Positions 1-8,625 of a stretch of DNA of 64,000 nt are shown one piece after another. The notes under the pieces were generated by a model that had not been told where the DNA came from, ran no database searches, and saw nothing but the letters and a program-made list of their open reading frames with translations. The stretch comes from a virus. Location: the IMG/VR virus record IMGVR_UViG_3300005965_000004, positions 1-64,000 of that record. One strand, written 5' to 3'. Position 1 is the stretch's first letter. Every line of letters begins with the position of its first letter. Both the position numbers and the translations under genes were made by a program.

Positions 1-430
1 TATTGGACAAATTAATAATCCTAAAGAAGTTGATTCCATAGCTGCCGCTATGGAAATTTCAAGAAGAACTTATCTATTTATTAAGATATATAAACAAAAA
101 ACTTTAAGTAACCAAAATATAGTTTTCCCAAAATTTAATATTGGTTCTTTAGATGATCATTGGAAGAAAACACTAAAGGATACTTTAAACAGCATTAAAT
201 CATGGAAACAACTATATGAATGGTTTAAGAAATCTAAAACCAGTTATAGGTTTCTTTTTTCCAAAGATAAATTCTTTGGAAATTCTTTTAGGTTATTTTC
301 TGTAAAAAGTAAACTATATAGGTATATTTTTACATGAAATATCTAACTGTAAAATTTCCTAAGAAGGAAATCAAGGTTAAAAAGATAGATACTGACAAGA
401 AAGCTAACAATGATAAGAAGGAGTTGAACA

Positions 431-637
431 ATGGAATGCTTTTTTTGTATAGATGATGATAATGATTGTACACCCTTTGACTTTGACAAAATATCTGAGC
501 ACCTTATTGTCACAGAGGATAATAAGGGTAGAGTTCACGTTCACGGTCCTATCAAAAATAAGAAGCAGATAGAAAGGTTTGTTTCCACAATTCTAAAAGA
601 AGCTCAGATAGATTCCTTTAGCTACGAGAAAGGTTAG
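431..637 (+). CDS. small hypothetical protein
   Basis: 68-aa ORF with AAGGAG RBS upstream; no recognised motif. Confidence 0.55.
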   Translation: MECFFCIDDDNDCTPFDFDKISEHLIVTEDNKGRVHVHGPIKNKKQIERFVSTILKEAQIDSFSYEKG

Positions 638-739
638 GGCTACGCATAGCATAAGATTCATAAGCCTCCTTAATTCTCCATTCGCAATTCGTGAATAGAG
701 AATGAACAAATAATAATCAAAAAATAAGGAGTATAAATT

Positions 740-1069
740 ATGAATACCAAAATGCTATCTATAAAAGAAGAACTTAAGTCAATTGCTCAAGAAATAAAGT
801 CCGCAAAACAAGAGTACAAACAATATCAGAAAAGTGGTTTAGCTTTCGGAGAAAATTTATTTGATCTGGATTCAGAGAATAAAAAGAAAGTATGGAGACT
901 TTGGGTTGGATATGAAGTTGAAAAGCTATCTAAGGATTTTAGACACAAACATATAGCTTATAGCTTACTGAAAGGAAATAAGTATGAACAAATCGAGAAG
1001 TCTGTTAGGAAAGGTAATGAGGCTGATTGGAATCTCATCAAAGGAATCCAAGATGAAATTACCTCTTGA
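740..1069 (+). CDS. conserved phage hypothetical protein
   Basis: AAGGAG RBS; RHKHIAYSLLKG..YEQIE motif; overlaps the start of the next gene. Confidence 0.7.
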   Translation: MNTKMLSIKEELKSIAQEIKSAKQEYKQYQKSGLAFGENLFDLDSENKKKVWRLWVGYEVEKLSKDFRHKHIAYSLLKGNKYEQIEKSVRKGNEADWNLIKGIQDEITS

Positions 1070-1397
1070 ACCAAGAATGTATATTATTACTCGCAAAGAA
1101 CTTTCGGATAGTTACCGTATGGTGCAAGGTGCTCATGCTCTTGCACAATACGGTCTCGAACATCCAAATGAGTTTGAAAAATGGAACAATAAGTTCCTTA
1201 TATTCTTAGGAACTTTTCTTCCCGAAAGTTTAATTGAACTCAGAAAAAGATTATCTATTGAAGGTATTAAGACTTCGTCTTTTCACGAACCTGACTTAGA
1301 TAATCAAATGACGGCTTTTAGCGTTTTTTATGATCCAAGTGATACCGAAGAATCACAAAAAATTGTTAGCATTATTGGAAGTTTGCCGTTAGCTTGA
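1053..1397 (+). CDS. peptidyl-tRNA hydrolase type 2 (PTH2)-like protein
   Basis: MYIITRKELS...VQGAHA...F.EPDL.NQ.TA pattern of phage PTH2-like proteins; start re-placed at ATG 1053. Confidence 0.7.
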   Translation: MKLPLEPRMYIITRKELSDSYRMVQGAHALAQYGLEHPNEFEKWNNKFLIFLGTFLPESLIELRKRLSIEGIKTSSFHEPDLDNQMTAFSVFYDPSDTEESQKIVSIIGSLPLA

Positions 1398-1503
1398 GTA
1401 TAAATACTTATAGGATGAGTTGGGACAGGGCCGATCACCTTTCTTGACTACAGAAAGATTACCAACCATCTCTTACAAATAAGCCTTACTGTAGGGGCAT
1501 CTT

Positions 1504-1602
1504 ATGAGTATCATTTACAAGACTACCAATTTGGTTAACGGAAAATTTTATGTTGGGCAATACTTCTCTGAACAACTTTTGAAAATCATAAAATACAGGT
1601 GA
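1504..1602 (+). pseudogene. truncated GIY-YIG homing endonuclease (N-terminal 32 aa only)
   Basis: MSIIYKTTNLVNGKFYVGQ then runs into the antisense gene and stops; preceded by TATAAATA at 1399. Confidence 0.7.
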
Positions 1603-2111
1603 ATTATCTCTGCTCTGTCGTGAACTTCGCAAGTGTTAGAAGGTTTGTGGAAGTTATAAACTATGTTATCAAACAGATAGAAACCTGCGTCAGAGAAACT
1701 ATCCCAAACTTCAAAACTTCCTTTAAGCTCCTTCGAACCTCTTTCCTTGAAGTCATTCATCTTAACAATAATTATACCTTTCGGTTTTAATATCTTCGAG
1801 AATATCTTCGATGATTTGATAGAGTCTTGATAGAATGATTTGTTTCGAGGAGGTTCGTAGATTACTATGTCGAACTTTTTGTTCATCACAGAGCCAGACT
1901 TATTTCTTGTACTTTCGATGTTAAATAACTTCATGTCCTTCTCTGTCCACATATGGGAATGCGAGCAGTCAAGTACCTTGGTTTTGTAGTTTCTATTCTT
2001 GTTAGGATCGAAGTAGTTTATGACTCTGTTAAAAGCAGTCACTAAGTCACAACCATCGCTTATTACTGAGTTTAGACCTTTCTTGTTATACATAAGTGTA
2101 GAATTATACAT
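1548..2111 (-). CDS. SAM-dependent DNA methyltransferase-like protein (degenerate motif IV)
   Basis: KVLDCS, FDIVIYEPPR (DPPY-like), ILKPKGIIIVK...D, H.YFMIF. Confidence 0.6.
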   Translation of the reverse strand: MYNSTLMYNKKGLNSVISDGCDLVTAFNRVINYFDPNKNRNYKTKVLDCSHSHMWTEKDMKLFNIESTRNKSGSVMNKKFDIVIYEPPRNKSFYQDSIKSSKIFSKILKPKGIIIVKMNDFKERGSKELKGSFEVWDSFSDAGFYLFDNIVYNFHKPSNTCEVHDRAEIIHLYFMIFKSCSEKYCPT

Positions 2112-2704
2112 TATATGCTTATCCTTATCAAAGATTCCAGAATGTCATCGATTAGTAGTTTGTCTATTCCATGAGAATTAAACTTACCATTTCTTATAAG
2201 GTATGATGGATGGAGACTTGGTTTTACTATGATAGAACCGAAATTGTCGTTGTTGATCGAATATATGTTTTTTCTATCAGAAGTAATTCCTATTTTGTTG
2301 TCTAAGAAGACAGACTTGGCATGGTTGCCTAGAGGCATAACTACTTTGAGATTGTATACTTTCTTCAACCTTTTTATGTCTCTGAATAGAAACTTCAAAC
2401 AAAATCCTATCTCTTCCTTACTTGGTGCGCTGTTACCATCTGGATTATCTCTTATAGTATTAGAGAAAGCTATACCAAAAGGTTTTCCCCAAATAGATTT
2501 AGCCTTGAGTATACAAGTCTTCAGTCTCTTTCCTGCTGGACCTACAAAAGGCATTCCTTGATCTCTTTCATCAGAACCACCACACATTCCTACAAACATA
2601 ATATCTACCTTATTGTCTATATGGAAGAATGTTGTCGGAAGAAAGCAGCACTTGCTAAAGACAGGACAATTCTCTTGTTGACAATTTACTTCTATTAATG
2701 ACAT
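2111..2704 (-). CDS. uracil-DNA glycosylase family 4-like protein
   Basis: IMFVG..G.DE..QG.PFVGPAG.RL, LGNHA, LHPSYL motifs; N-terminal Cys cluster. Confidence 0.85.
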   Translation of the reverse strand: MSLIEVNCQQENCPVFSKCCFLPTTFFHIDNKVDIMFVGMCGGSDERDQGMPFVGPAGKRLKTCILKAKSIWGKPFGIAFSNTIRDNPDGNSAPSKEEIGFCLKFLFRDIKRLKKVYNLKVVMPLGNHAKSVFLDNKIGITSDRKNIYSINNDNFGSIIVKPSLHPSYLIRNGKFNSHGIDKLLIDDILESLIRISI

Positions 2705-2707
2705 AAA

Positions 2708-2980
2708 TTAATATGGATTTTTGTTTTCTGTTAGAACCTTCACCTGATCTTCTTGACTAAGATGTTTCTTCCAGTTTTTCTTTCCATATTCGTTCATATA
2801 ACAATAACCCACGATGTCAAAACCACCATGACCACCCACCATATCAAATACTTTATCAAGCTTTCCTTCTTTACATTTTGGACAATTTTCTGGGTGCCAA
2901 TTTTCCTTTGATGTTGAGAAGCTTTCAACATATTCTTCTGTAAAATCACACTCATTACATTTGTATTTGTTTATTGGCAT
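2708..2980 (-). CDS. FmdB-family zinc-ribbon protein
   Basis: MP...Y.C.EC...E...CPKC..G.L.K. Confidence 0.75.
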   Translation of the reverse strand: MPINKYKCNECDFTEEYVESFSTSKENWHPENCPKCKEGKLDKVFDMVGGHGGFDIVGYCYMNEYGKKNWKKHLSQEDQVKVLTENKNPY

Positions 2981-2981
2981 G

Positions 2982-3431
2982 TTAGTTCCTCCTATTCAAC
3001 TTGTCAATAGAATTCTTCAATTCTGATGCTATTTTATCTAACAACCTTATGTTGTTTGAAACACTAGCAAGAGAGCTAGCAATGTCCTTACTAACCTTCA
3101 ATTCATCTGACGTTTCTTTGATATTTCTTTGAGTTTCTTTTAGAGACTTTGTAGATTCTGTGAGGTTTCTGACACTCATATCTATTTGAGTATTGTATCT
3201 TCTTAGTATGCTGAGTTCTGATGTTTGTTTTGAAAGACCTTCTAATACTTCTTTGTCCTTTTTAGCTACAGACTTTTGGTTCTCGTAAAAACCCTGGTTG
3301 ACTTCAATAAACTTCTCAAGAAGTAAACTAAATCCTTCTATTGCCGTTGTATGTTTCACAAGAATAGCCGTCTGCCAAACTGCGTAAAAAACAATCAATA
3401 TTATCAAAGCAATTAAAATCCAAGTTACCAT
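2982..3431 (-). CDS. membrane-anchored coiled-coil protein
   Basis: N-terminal hydrophobic helix then heptad-like sequence. Confidence 0.6.
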   Translation of the reverse strand: MVTWILIALIILIVFYAVWQTAILVKHTTAIEGFSLLLEKFIEVNQGFYENQKSVAKKDKEVLEGLSKQTSELSILRRYNTQIDMSVRNLTESTKSLKETQRNIKETSDELKVSKDIASSLASVSNNIRLLDKIASELKNSIDKLNRRN

Positions 3432-3787
3432 TTGAAATCATTCTCCTGTAAATTGTCAAAAACCTTGTCTTTTAGAGGAACATATCCTAATTTTTTTAGT
3501 TCGTTATAAACGATAGAATGTCTGAGTCCTTCTCCACCAGAACAGTAGAAATCCAAATAGCCTTCTCCCTTATCTCTTATTTCGGCAACGAACTGTCCAG
3601 CATATCTCCAAGTACATGAGTATATATCGTTTGTAGATTTGTTTATCCATACAGTGTTACACAGAGATGCGTAAAGTTTTTGAGCAAATGAGTCATCATC
3701 TCTTACTCTATCTGTAAGATTTTCCTTTACTACATCTTTGAATCCCTTTGATGTTTTGTCAATTTTAATCAAACGAACCGATGGCAT
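3425..3787 (-). CDS. conserved phage hypothetical protein
   Basis: FAQKLYASLCN..W...SCTWR.AG..VA......YLDFYCSG motif. Confidence 0.7.
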   Translation of the reverse strand: MPSVRLIKIDKTSKGFKDVVKENLTDRVRDDDSFAQKLYASLCNTVWINKSTNDIYSCTWRYAGQFVAEIRDKGEGYLDFYCSGGEGLRHSIVYNELKKLGYVPLKDKVFDNLQENDFKW

Positions 3788-4146
3788 TATTCACTTCCTT
3801 GGTTTTCAACGTACTCATTGTATTTTTTAGCCCATTTTTCCATCTTTTCAGGGCTTTTAACAAGATCATCTAATGTCTGTTGTAGTTTATTCTGAATACT
3901 GTCAAAGTCCAGAATATCAAGTTCTCTATACATTTTGTAAAGAGAAATATTTACATAGGTCCAAGTTTGTTGAAGTCCGCTTCTGAAAATTTCTATATCT
4001 CTTCCGTTTTCAATATCATTAGGAGCATTGGCAGACTTTTTAGAATTCCTCTCTATAACAGCCCCATACATAGCGAACATTATCAACAAAATAAGACACT
4101 GAATTATTAAAATCGCAATCATCATACAATCATCCACCTTTGTCAA
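3787..4146 (-). CDS. hypothetical membrane protein
   Basis: N-terminal hydrophobic segment; operon-like overlap with the next gene. Confidence 0.55.
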   Translation of the reverse strand: MTKVDDCMMIAILIIQCLILLIMFAMYGAVIERNSKKSANAPNDIENGRDIEIFRSGLQQTWTYVNISLYKMYRELDILDFDSIQNKLQQTLDDLVKSPEKMEKWAKKYNEYVENQGSE

Positions 4147-4160
4147 TATTTATAAAAACA

Positions 4161-4200
4161 AAAAAAGACGGTTCGGTCCTATTGGAACCAAACCGTCTTT
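4161..4200 (-). terminator. intrinsic terminator after the TROVE/vWA-like gene
   Basis: AAAGACGGTT...AACCGTCTTT hairpin followed by a U-tract on the minus strand. Confidence 0.7.
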
Positions 4201-4214
4201 CATTTCTTACACAC

Positions 4215-5684
4215 TTAAGAAGGTACAACTACGTTGTACTTCTCAAGCTTCTTGAGCATGATGCCAAGTGGAGTGAAGTCCTCAGCACTCATGATTGCCT
4301 CAAGAATGCTTGGGGAGAAACCTGACACAAGTCCAACGTCCTTATGTGCTACTGTTGATGGTGAACCAGCATATCCTGATGTGTTCCAGTAAATGACCTT
4401 TGGACGGTCATATCCAGCAGCTTCCCACTTAGCAAGGCAACGCTCAACTTCTGTCTTGTCTCCACCATCAACACCCTGGTGGAACTGCATATCCGAGACA
4501 ATAAGTAGCATGTTTGGAACCTGTTCGTTGGTTGCTCCAAACACAGTTGCGTGATTTAGCAACATGTCAAGTGCCTTGTCAACTCTGGTAGAACCAACAG
4601 CACCATCGAATACTCCATGATTGCTGTAGTACCAGTACCTTCTATCAGCACCACCCATTGGGTTCTTACCTTTTCCATAAGCCTCGGAGAATGTATGACC
4701 CTTCCAGTCTGTTAGCTTCGACTCTGAGCAGAACTGAATGAACTTACGGTGGAATGGACTTTCTGCTGGGATTCTGTCCGAGCAGTAAAGAGCCAACGAA
4801 GTCGAGACATGCCATGCATGGACAGTTCCACCAACAACTGATGACATTGAGCCAGATGTATCACAGATAACCATGATACGAAGCTTGCTGTCACCAACCC
4901 AGTTTGGAAGAGCCTCGAACTGAGCATCTGCGATCTCACTGTCACCATTCATCACAGTACGTGTAAGATCATGTGGGAAGACAACTGATGCGTTAATCTT
5001 CGCCTCGCCCTTCTTCACCTTTTCCTTGAACTTAGAGAAACGAGTCTCGTCATGCTTACCGAATGCCTTCGTGTAACGAGACATTGCGACAGAAGGAACA
5101 TGAGTGTACTCAATCTCATTCCAGTTGTTAGAACACATCTTACGCTCAACAACATTCTTTCGACCCTGCGCAAGAAGTCTACGGAATTCACCAATGTCAC
5201 TTACTACCTTATCCTTACGGAGAGCCTTAAGTACATTTGTATCCTTACGGTCTGCCCACTTACAAGCAAGACCATCCTTCTTCGCAATTGCCTTTGCCCA
5301 CATCTCCGTGGCAACCTTCTCAGCAACTGTTCCATTCAATGCTCGAAGGTCATCCCAACGACCATACTCAGGAATGAGCCCAAGGTTTACCTGAACCCAT
5401 CTTGGGTCAGTCTCTGCCAACCACTTTACACACTCACGGAATGCTGAGCGGTTTCCTGCTCCACCGCGACAATCACGAAGCCAGAACAAAAGCTTTACAG
5501 CAAGTTCGTGGTTTCCGCTGAACCAGACATTCTTAAAAAGCTCAAGAGCGGATGTTTCGTTTCCGTAGTAAGACTTCTTTGTCTTGGTTGTGTAAAGGGA
5601 ACCAGCCTTGGAGAAAAACTCAACTCCGTGGTCAAGTGAATGGTCATACTGAACTGCGCCTTCATTTGTGCGTGCCTTAGCCAT
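4215..5684 (-). CDS. TROVE/Ro60-like vWA protein (DUF2828-type)
   Basis: LFWLRDCRGGAGNR, IPEYGRWDDL, VPSVAM..Y..AF..HD, vWA MIDAS DTSGSM, SDMQF, GLVSGFSP; start at 5684 (MAKART) after AGGAGG; GC-richer codon usage than neighbours. Confidence 0.8.
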   Translation of the reverse strand: MAKARTNEGAVQYDHSLDHGVEFFSKAGSLYTTKTKKSYYGNETSALELFKNVWFSGNHELAVKLLFWLRDCRGGAGNRSAFRECVKWLAETDPRWVQVNLGLIPEYGRWDDLRALNGTVAEKVATEMWAKAIAKKDGLACKWADRKDTNVLKALRKDKVVSDIGEFRRLLAQGRKNVVERKMCSNNWNEIEYTHVPSVAMSRYTKAFGKHDETRFSKFKEKVKKGEAKINASVVFPHDLTRTVMNGDSEIADAQFEALPNWVGDSKLRIMVICDTSGSMSSVVGGTVHAWHVSTSLALYCSDRIPAESPFHRKFIQFCSESKLTDWKGHTFSEAYGKGKNPMGGADRRYWYYSNHGVFDGAVGSTRVDKALDMLLNHATVFGATNEQVPNMLLIVSDMQFHQGVDGGDKTEVERCLAKWEAAGYDRPKVIYWNTSGYAGSPSTVAHKDVGLVSGFSPSILEAIMSAEDFTPLGIMLKKLEKYNVVVPS

Positions 5685-5709
5685 GTGTGCCTCCTGTACG
5701 ATAAGGTTA

Positions 5710-5766
5710 CAGATTGGATTTGGTTCCTCGTTTGCAGAGAGCTTTTTTCTGCTGTATCCAATCTTC
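5710..5766 (-). ncRNA. stem-motif RNA copy 1 (Y-RNA-like family)
   Basis: GAAGATTGGA-TACAGCA...TCCAATCTG terminal stem. Confidence 0.65.
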
Positions 5767-5804
5767 AAAACTTAAAAATTCAATACCCGTAATGTTGGTA
5801 AAAA

Positions 5805-5869
5805 CAGGGTGATTTTTCTTGGTTTCTTTTTGATAGAAAGATAGAAAATGTTTGCTGAACTCACCCTTC
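5805..5869 (-). ncRNA. stem-motif RNA copy 2
   Basis: GAAGGGTGAG-TTCAGCAA...TCACCCTG. Confidence 0.65.
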
Positions 5870-5904
5870 ATTTTATTTCTTGTCTGTAAAAACTATTTAT
5901 ATGA

Positions 5905-5933
5905 ATTATATCATATTACCGCGGGATTGTCAA
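5905..5933 (-). promoter_or_regulatory. sigma70-type promoter with extended -10
   Basis: TTGACA-N17-TATAAT with TG at -15/-14; near-identical promoters at 34412-34440 and 45133-45161 and variants at many intergenic sites. Confidence 0.8.
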
Positions 5934-5949
5934 TATTTTTTTACGTCAA

Positions 5950-6093
5950 CAGGATGCTTGAAGATTTCATATTTGAGGGAACGATACCTTCAAACAACCC
6001 TTGGTCCTGGCCGAGTCAACCTTTCGGAAGCAGGGCTTGGGACCTATCCATGTTTACGTTTCCGTAAGAATTGGTTTGCCGAACTCATCCTTC
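5950..6093 (-). ncRNA. stem-motif RNA copy 3 (long insert)
   Basis: GAAGGATGAG-TTCGGCAA...CATCCTG enclosing about 115 nt of GC-richer sequence. Confidence 0.6.
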
Positions 6094-6258
6094 ACGACGT
6101 AAAAAATTTGAGCTTTACAGAGTAGTCAGAATATTTATTTAAGGACTAATATTCATAATGTTCAAAAGTCCACACAGTCTCTTTACCTTATAATATAACA
6201 TATTTCAACAATATTGTCAATGATTTTTTATAAAGTTCACAGGCAGAACTTAGGTTAA

Positions 6259-6690
6259 TTATTTGATTTTGACTTCAATTTCTTTTGGCTTCTTTTCAGG
6301 AGCCGTAGGGATTTTTATAGTTAGTAATCCCTTGTCAAGTTCTGCTTCTGTTTTTGTAATATCAAGTTTGTCTGATACTCTCCAAGCAAAGTTGAATGAC
6401 TTCTTGGTGATGCCACGATAAGCACACCTTTCGTCATTTGAACCACTATTGTTTGTGTGAGATACCTTTAGCACATCTCCAGAAATATCAATCTTGATAT
6501 CTGGCTTGTCAAGTCCGACTGCGGCAATATCAATCTGAATTCCTTCGTCGGTTTCGTAAATGTCTACTGGATAGTTAATTTTCTTTAGCGATGGAATGGG
6601 ACTAAACCAATCCTCTCCAAAGAAATCTTTGAAAAATACGTCGTTAAAAAGTGATGGAATATCACGGTTGCGAGTAACTAAGTAGTTCAT
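6259..6690 (-). CDS. small heat-shock protein Hsp20
   Basis: YPVDIYE...IAAVG..K.DI.I....DVL.V, YRGI..KSF, AELDKGLLTIKIP. Confidence 0.92.
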   Translation of the reverse strand: MNYLVTRNRDIPSLFNDVFFKDFFGEDWFSPIPSLKKINYPVDIYETDEGIQIDIAAVGLDKPDIKIDISGDVLKVSHTNNSGSNDERCAYRGITKKSFNFAWRVSDKLDITKTEAELDKGLLTIKIPTAPEKKPKEIEVKIK

Positions 6691-6840
6691 AGTAACCTCC
6701 TTAGATGGTTAAAATGTTACAGAATCCATTAGGTATTCTGCGGTTCTGCCTGTGAACCTTTTCTACTACCTATTTATATTAATGATAACATTTTCTTAGA
6801 AAAATGTCAAATGTTTTTTATGTATTCAATTCTATTTCAA

Positions 6841-7059
6841 TTATTCCTCTGGAAGAGGACCAACAACATCTTTAATTGCGTTGGCTAAAGCTGGGTCCTC
6901 TTCTACCAAAACATTAATAAGTTCAGCAAGAACATCATAAGAACCATTCTCTTTTACAAGCTTATACAAGTTCTGTCTCAATTGGACGTTTTCTTGTCCA
7001 ACATATTCTTCTTCATTTAAAAAACTGTTGGCTCCGTTGATATAACTTTCTCTTTTCAT
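6841..7059 (-). CDS. hypothetical protein
   Basis: ORF with AGGAG RBS. Confidence 0.6.
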   Translation of the reverse strand: MKRESYINGANSFLNEEEYVGQENVQLRQNLYKLVKENGSYDVLAELINVLVEEDPALANAIKDVVGPLPEE

Positions 7060-7069
7060 TTTTATCTCC

Positions 7070-7399
7070 TTAAATATCGATATTTAATTTTCTTACAACG
7101 TCCTCTGCTCTAAAAGTAGCAATAGGCTCTTTAGATAGTGCGTCTACTAACTTATTCTTGGCGTATTCGTCATCGTTAGCAATATTTAGATTATCTCTCA
7201 AAGCATCCATAAAAACCTTTTGAGACTCCTCATCAAGATTATCAAAGTATACTTGTACCTGAGTACCCTGACCTTGTTCTGGTTCTTCTTCAATATCAGG
7301 TTCTTCAGCATCTTCTTCGTCCTCTTCCTGCTCCCAGAGCAATCTACCAATGAGATCGCTAGCTGCTTTTACTTCTTCATCCAATCTTCTTTTTCTCAT
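7070..7399 (-). CDS. acidic hypothetical protein
   Basis: ORF with AAGGAG RBS; E/D-rich. Confidence 0.65.
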   Translation of the reverse strand: MRKRRLDEEVKAASDLIGRLLWEQEEDEEDAEEPDIEEEPEQGQGTQVQVYFDNLDEESQKVFMDALRDNLNIANDDEYAKNKLVDALSKEPIATFRAEDVVRKLNIDI

Positions 7400-7410
7400 A
7401 TTGTCTCCTT

Positions 7411-8619
7411 TTATTCTGGAGCTTCGGCAGCTTTTTCCAGATTATACTTATTTATCAAATCATATTTGTCAACAATATTCTTACCTTTATCATCATAAGC
7501 AATGTAGTACTTGTTGTCTACTTTGCTCTGGTACACAAAAATAGTTCCATTGTTGTTTGTTATGTATCTCCAACCGTTCTTAACATTCTTGGACTTGACT
7601 TCATTTGGTTTCGTTTGAAGCTCGTCCTTTATGTCGAAGTAGAGCTTTCCGTATGCGTCGACTTGCTCTTTAGAAGGTTTTTCATCTTTCTTATCTGCTT
7701 TCTTCTTTTTGTATTCCTCTATTTTCTTATCAAGTTCACTTTGTAGGTCTTCGCTAGGCTTTCCATCTTTATCAACAGCAATAAGATCATCAGTGAATTT
7801 TTTGATTGATCCACTTCCTGTCATAATTTTACCACTTTTACCTAATCTACGCCATTCACCGTTAGAATCAATGGTTACAGCTCTTTTACCATCTATAACA
7901 AGACCAGTAGCGGCTTCTATTAAAACTTCTTCACTAAACATGTCTAAAAGGTTCAGAGATTTATTTGATGCTGCTAGTCTTCTTATTTTATCTGCCTCTG
8001 GAGCAATATCGTTAAACTTCTCTCTGTCAATCTCTATTTTGTGTTTAACAGTAGGAGAAGAATCCTTCTTCTTATCAGGTGTCATACCTTTTGATAAAGT
8101 TCCTATTTTATTAGCTTTTTGTGCTGATAACCAACCTTTAAACACCATTCCGATGCCACCTTCTTTTGGTTTAGCAGAAAAGAATTTTTGTCCTTTACCA
8201 TCTATTCCTATAAAATATCTATCATTGTCTTCTTCATCTTTTATATTATAAAGAGCAATAGCACCACCATTACTAAGCTTAAAATATGATACAACTTCTA
8301 TTTGTTTTTTATCATTAATTTCTAAATCTTCAAAAGCACCTTCGGCATCTTTTGGTTTAAACACACCTTGAAATAATTCTTTTATATAGTATTTTTTCTT
8401 TTTATTATCAGAATATTTATTTGTCAATAAATTAAAAAGCTCGTTATATCCTGCTGGAGTTAATTCCAAATTTTCCAATGCCTTTGGATTAATTCTTCTT
8501 CTATTTGATCCACCAATTTTTCTAAGAATATTAGTAAAATAAGAATCTTTTCCGATAGAAAATTCGTCTATCTGTTCTTCTGTAAAATAATGATTTTCAA
8601 AGTTCATTTTCTTCTCCAA
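7411..8619 (-). CDS. hypothetical protein, possible internal virion protein
   Basis: 402-aa ORF; MNFENHYFTEE N-terminus. Confidence 0.65.
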   Translation of the reverse strand: MEKKMNFENHYFTEEQIDEFSIGKDSYFTNILRKIGGSNRRRINPKALENLELTPAGYNELFNLLTNKYSDNKKKKYYIKELFQGVFKPKDAEGAFEDLEINDKKQIEVVSYFKLSNGGAIALYNIKDEEDNDRYFIGIDGKGQKFFSAKPKEGGIGMVFKGWLSAQKANKIGTLSKGMTPDKKKDSSPTVKHKIEIDREKFNDIAPEADKIRRLAASNKSLNLLDMFSEEVLIEAATGLVIDGKRAVTIDSNGEWRRLGKSGKIMTGSGSIKKFTDDLIAVDKDGKPSEDLQSELDKKIEEYKKKKADKKDEKPSKEQVDAYGKLYFDIKDELQTKPNEVKSKNVKNGWRYITNNNGTIFVYQSKVDNKYYIAYDDKGKNIVDKYDLINKYNLEKAAEAPE

Positions 8620-8625
8620 ATTTTA

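Noticed and set aside
50-337. 95-aa ORF as a standalone gene
   Set aside because: The frame appears open from the window edge, so it is probably the tail of an upstream gene that cannot be identified here
5685-5768. N-terminal extension of the 517-aa ORF
   Set aside because: It lies over RNA motif copy 1; AGGAGG supports the ATG at 5684
7709-8251. Plus-strand ORFs antisense to long minus-strand genes (also 5052-5447, 35624-36052 and others)
   Set aside because: Shadow ORFs with Ser/Leu/Phe-rich composition and no RBS
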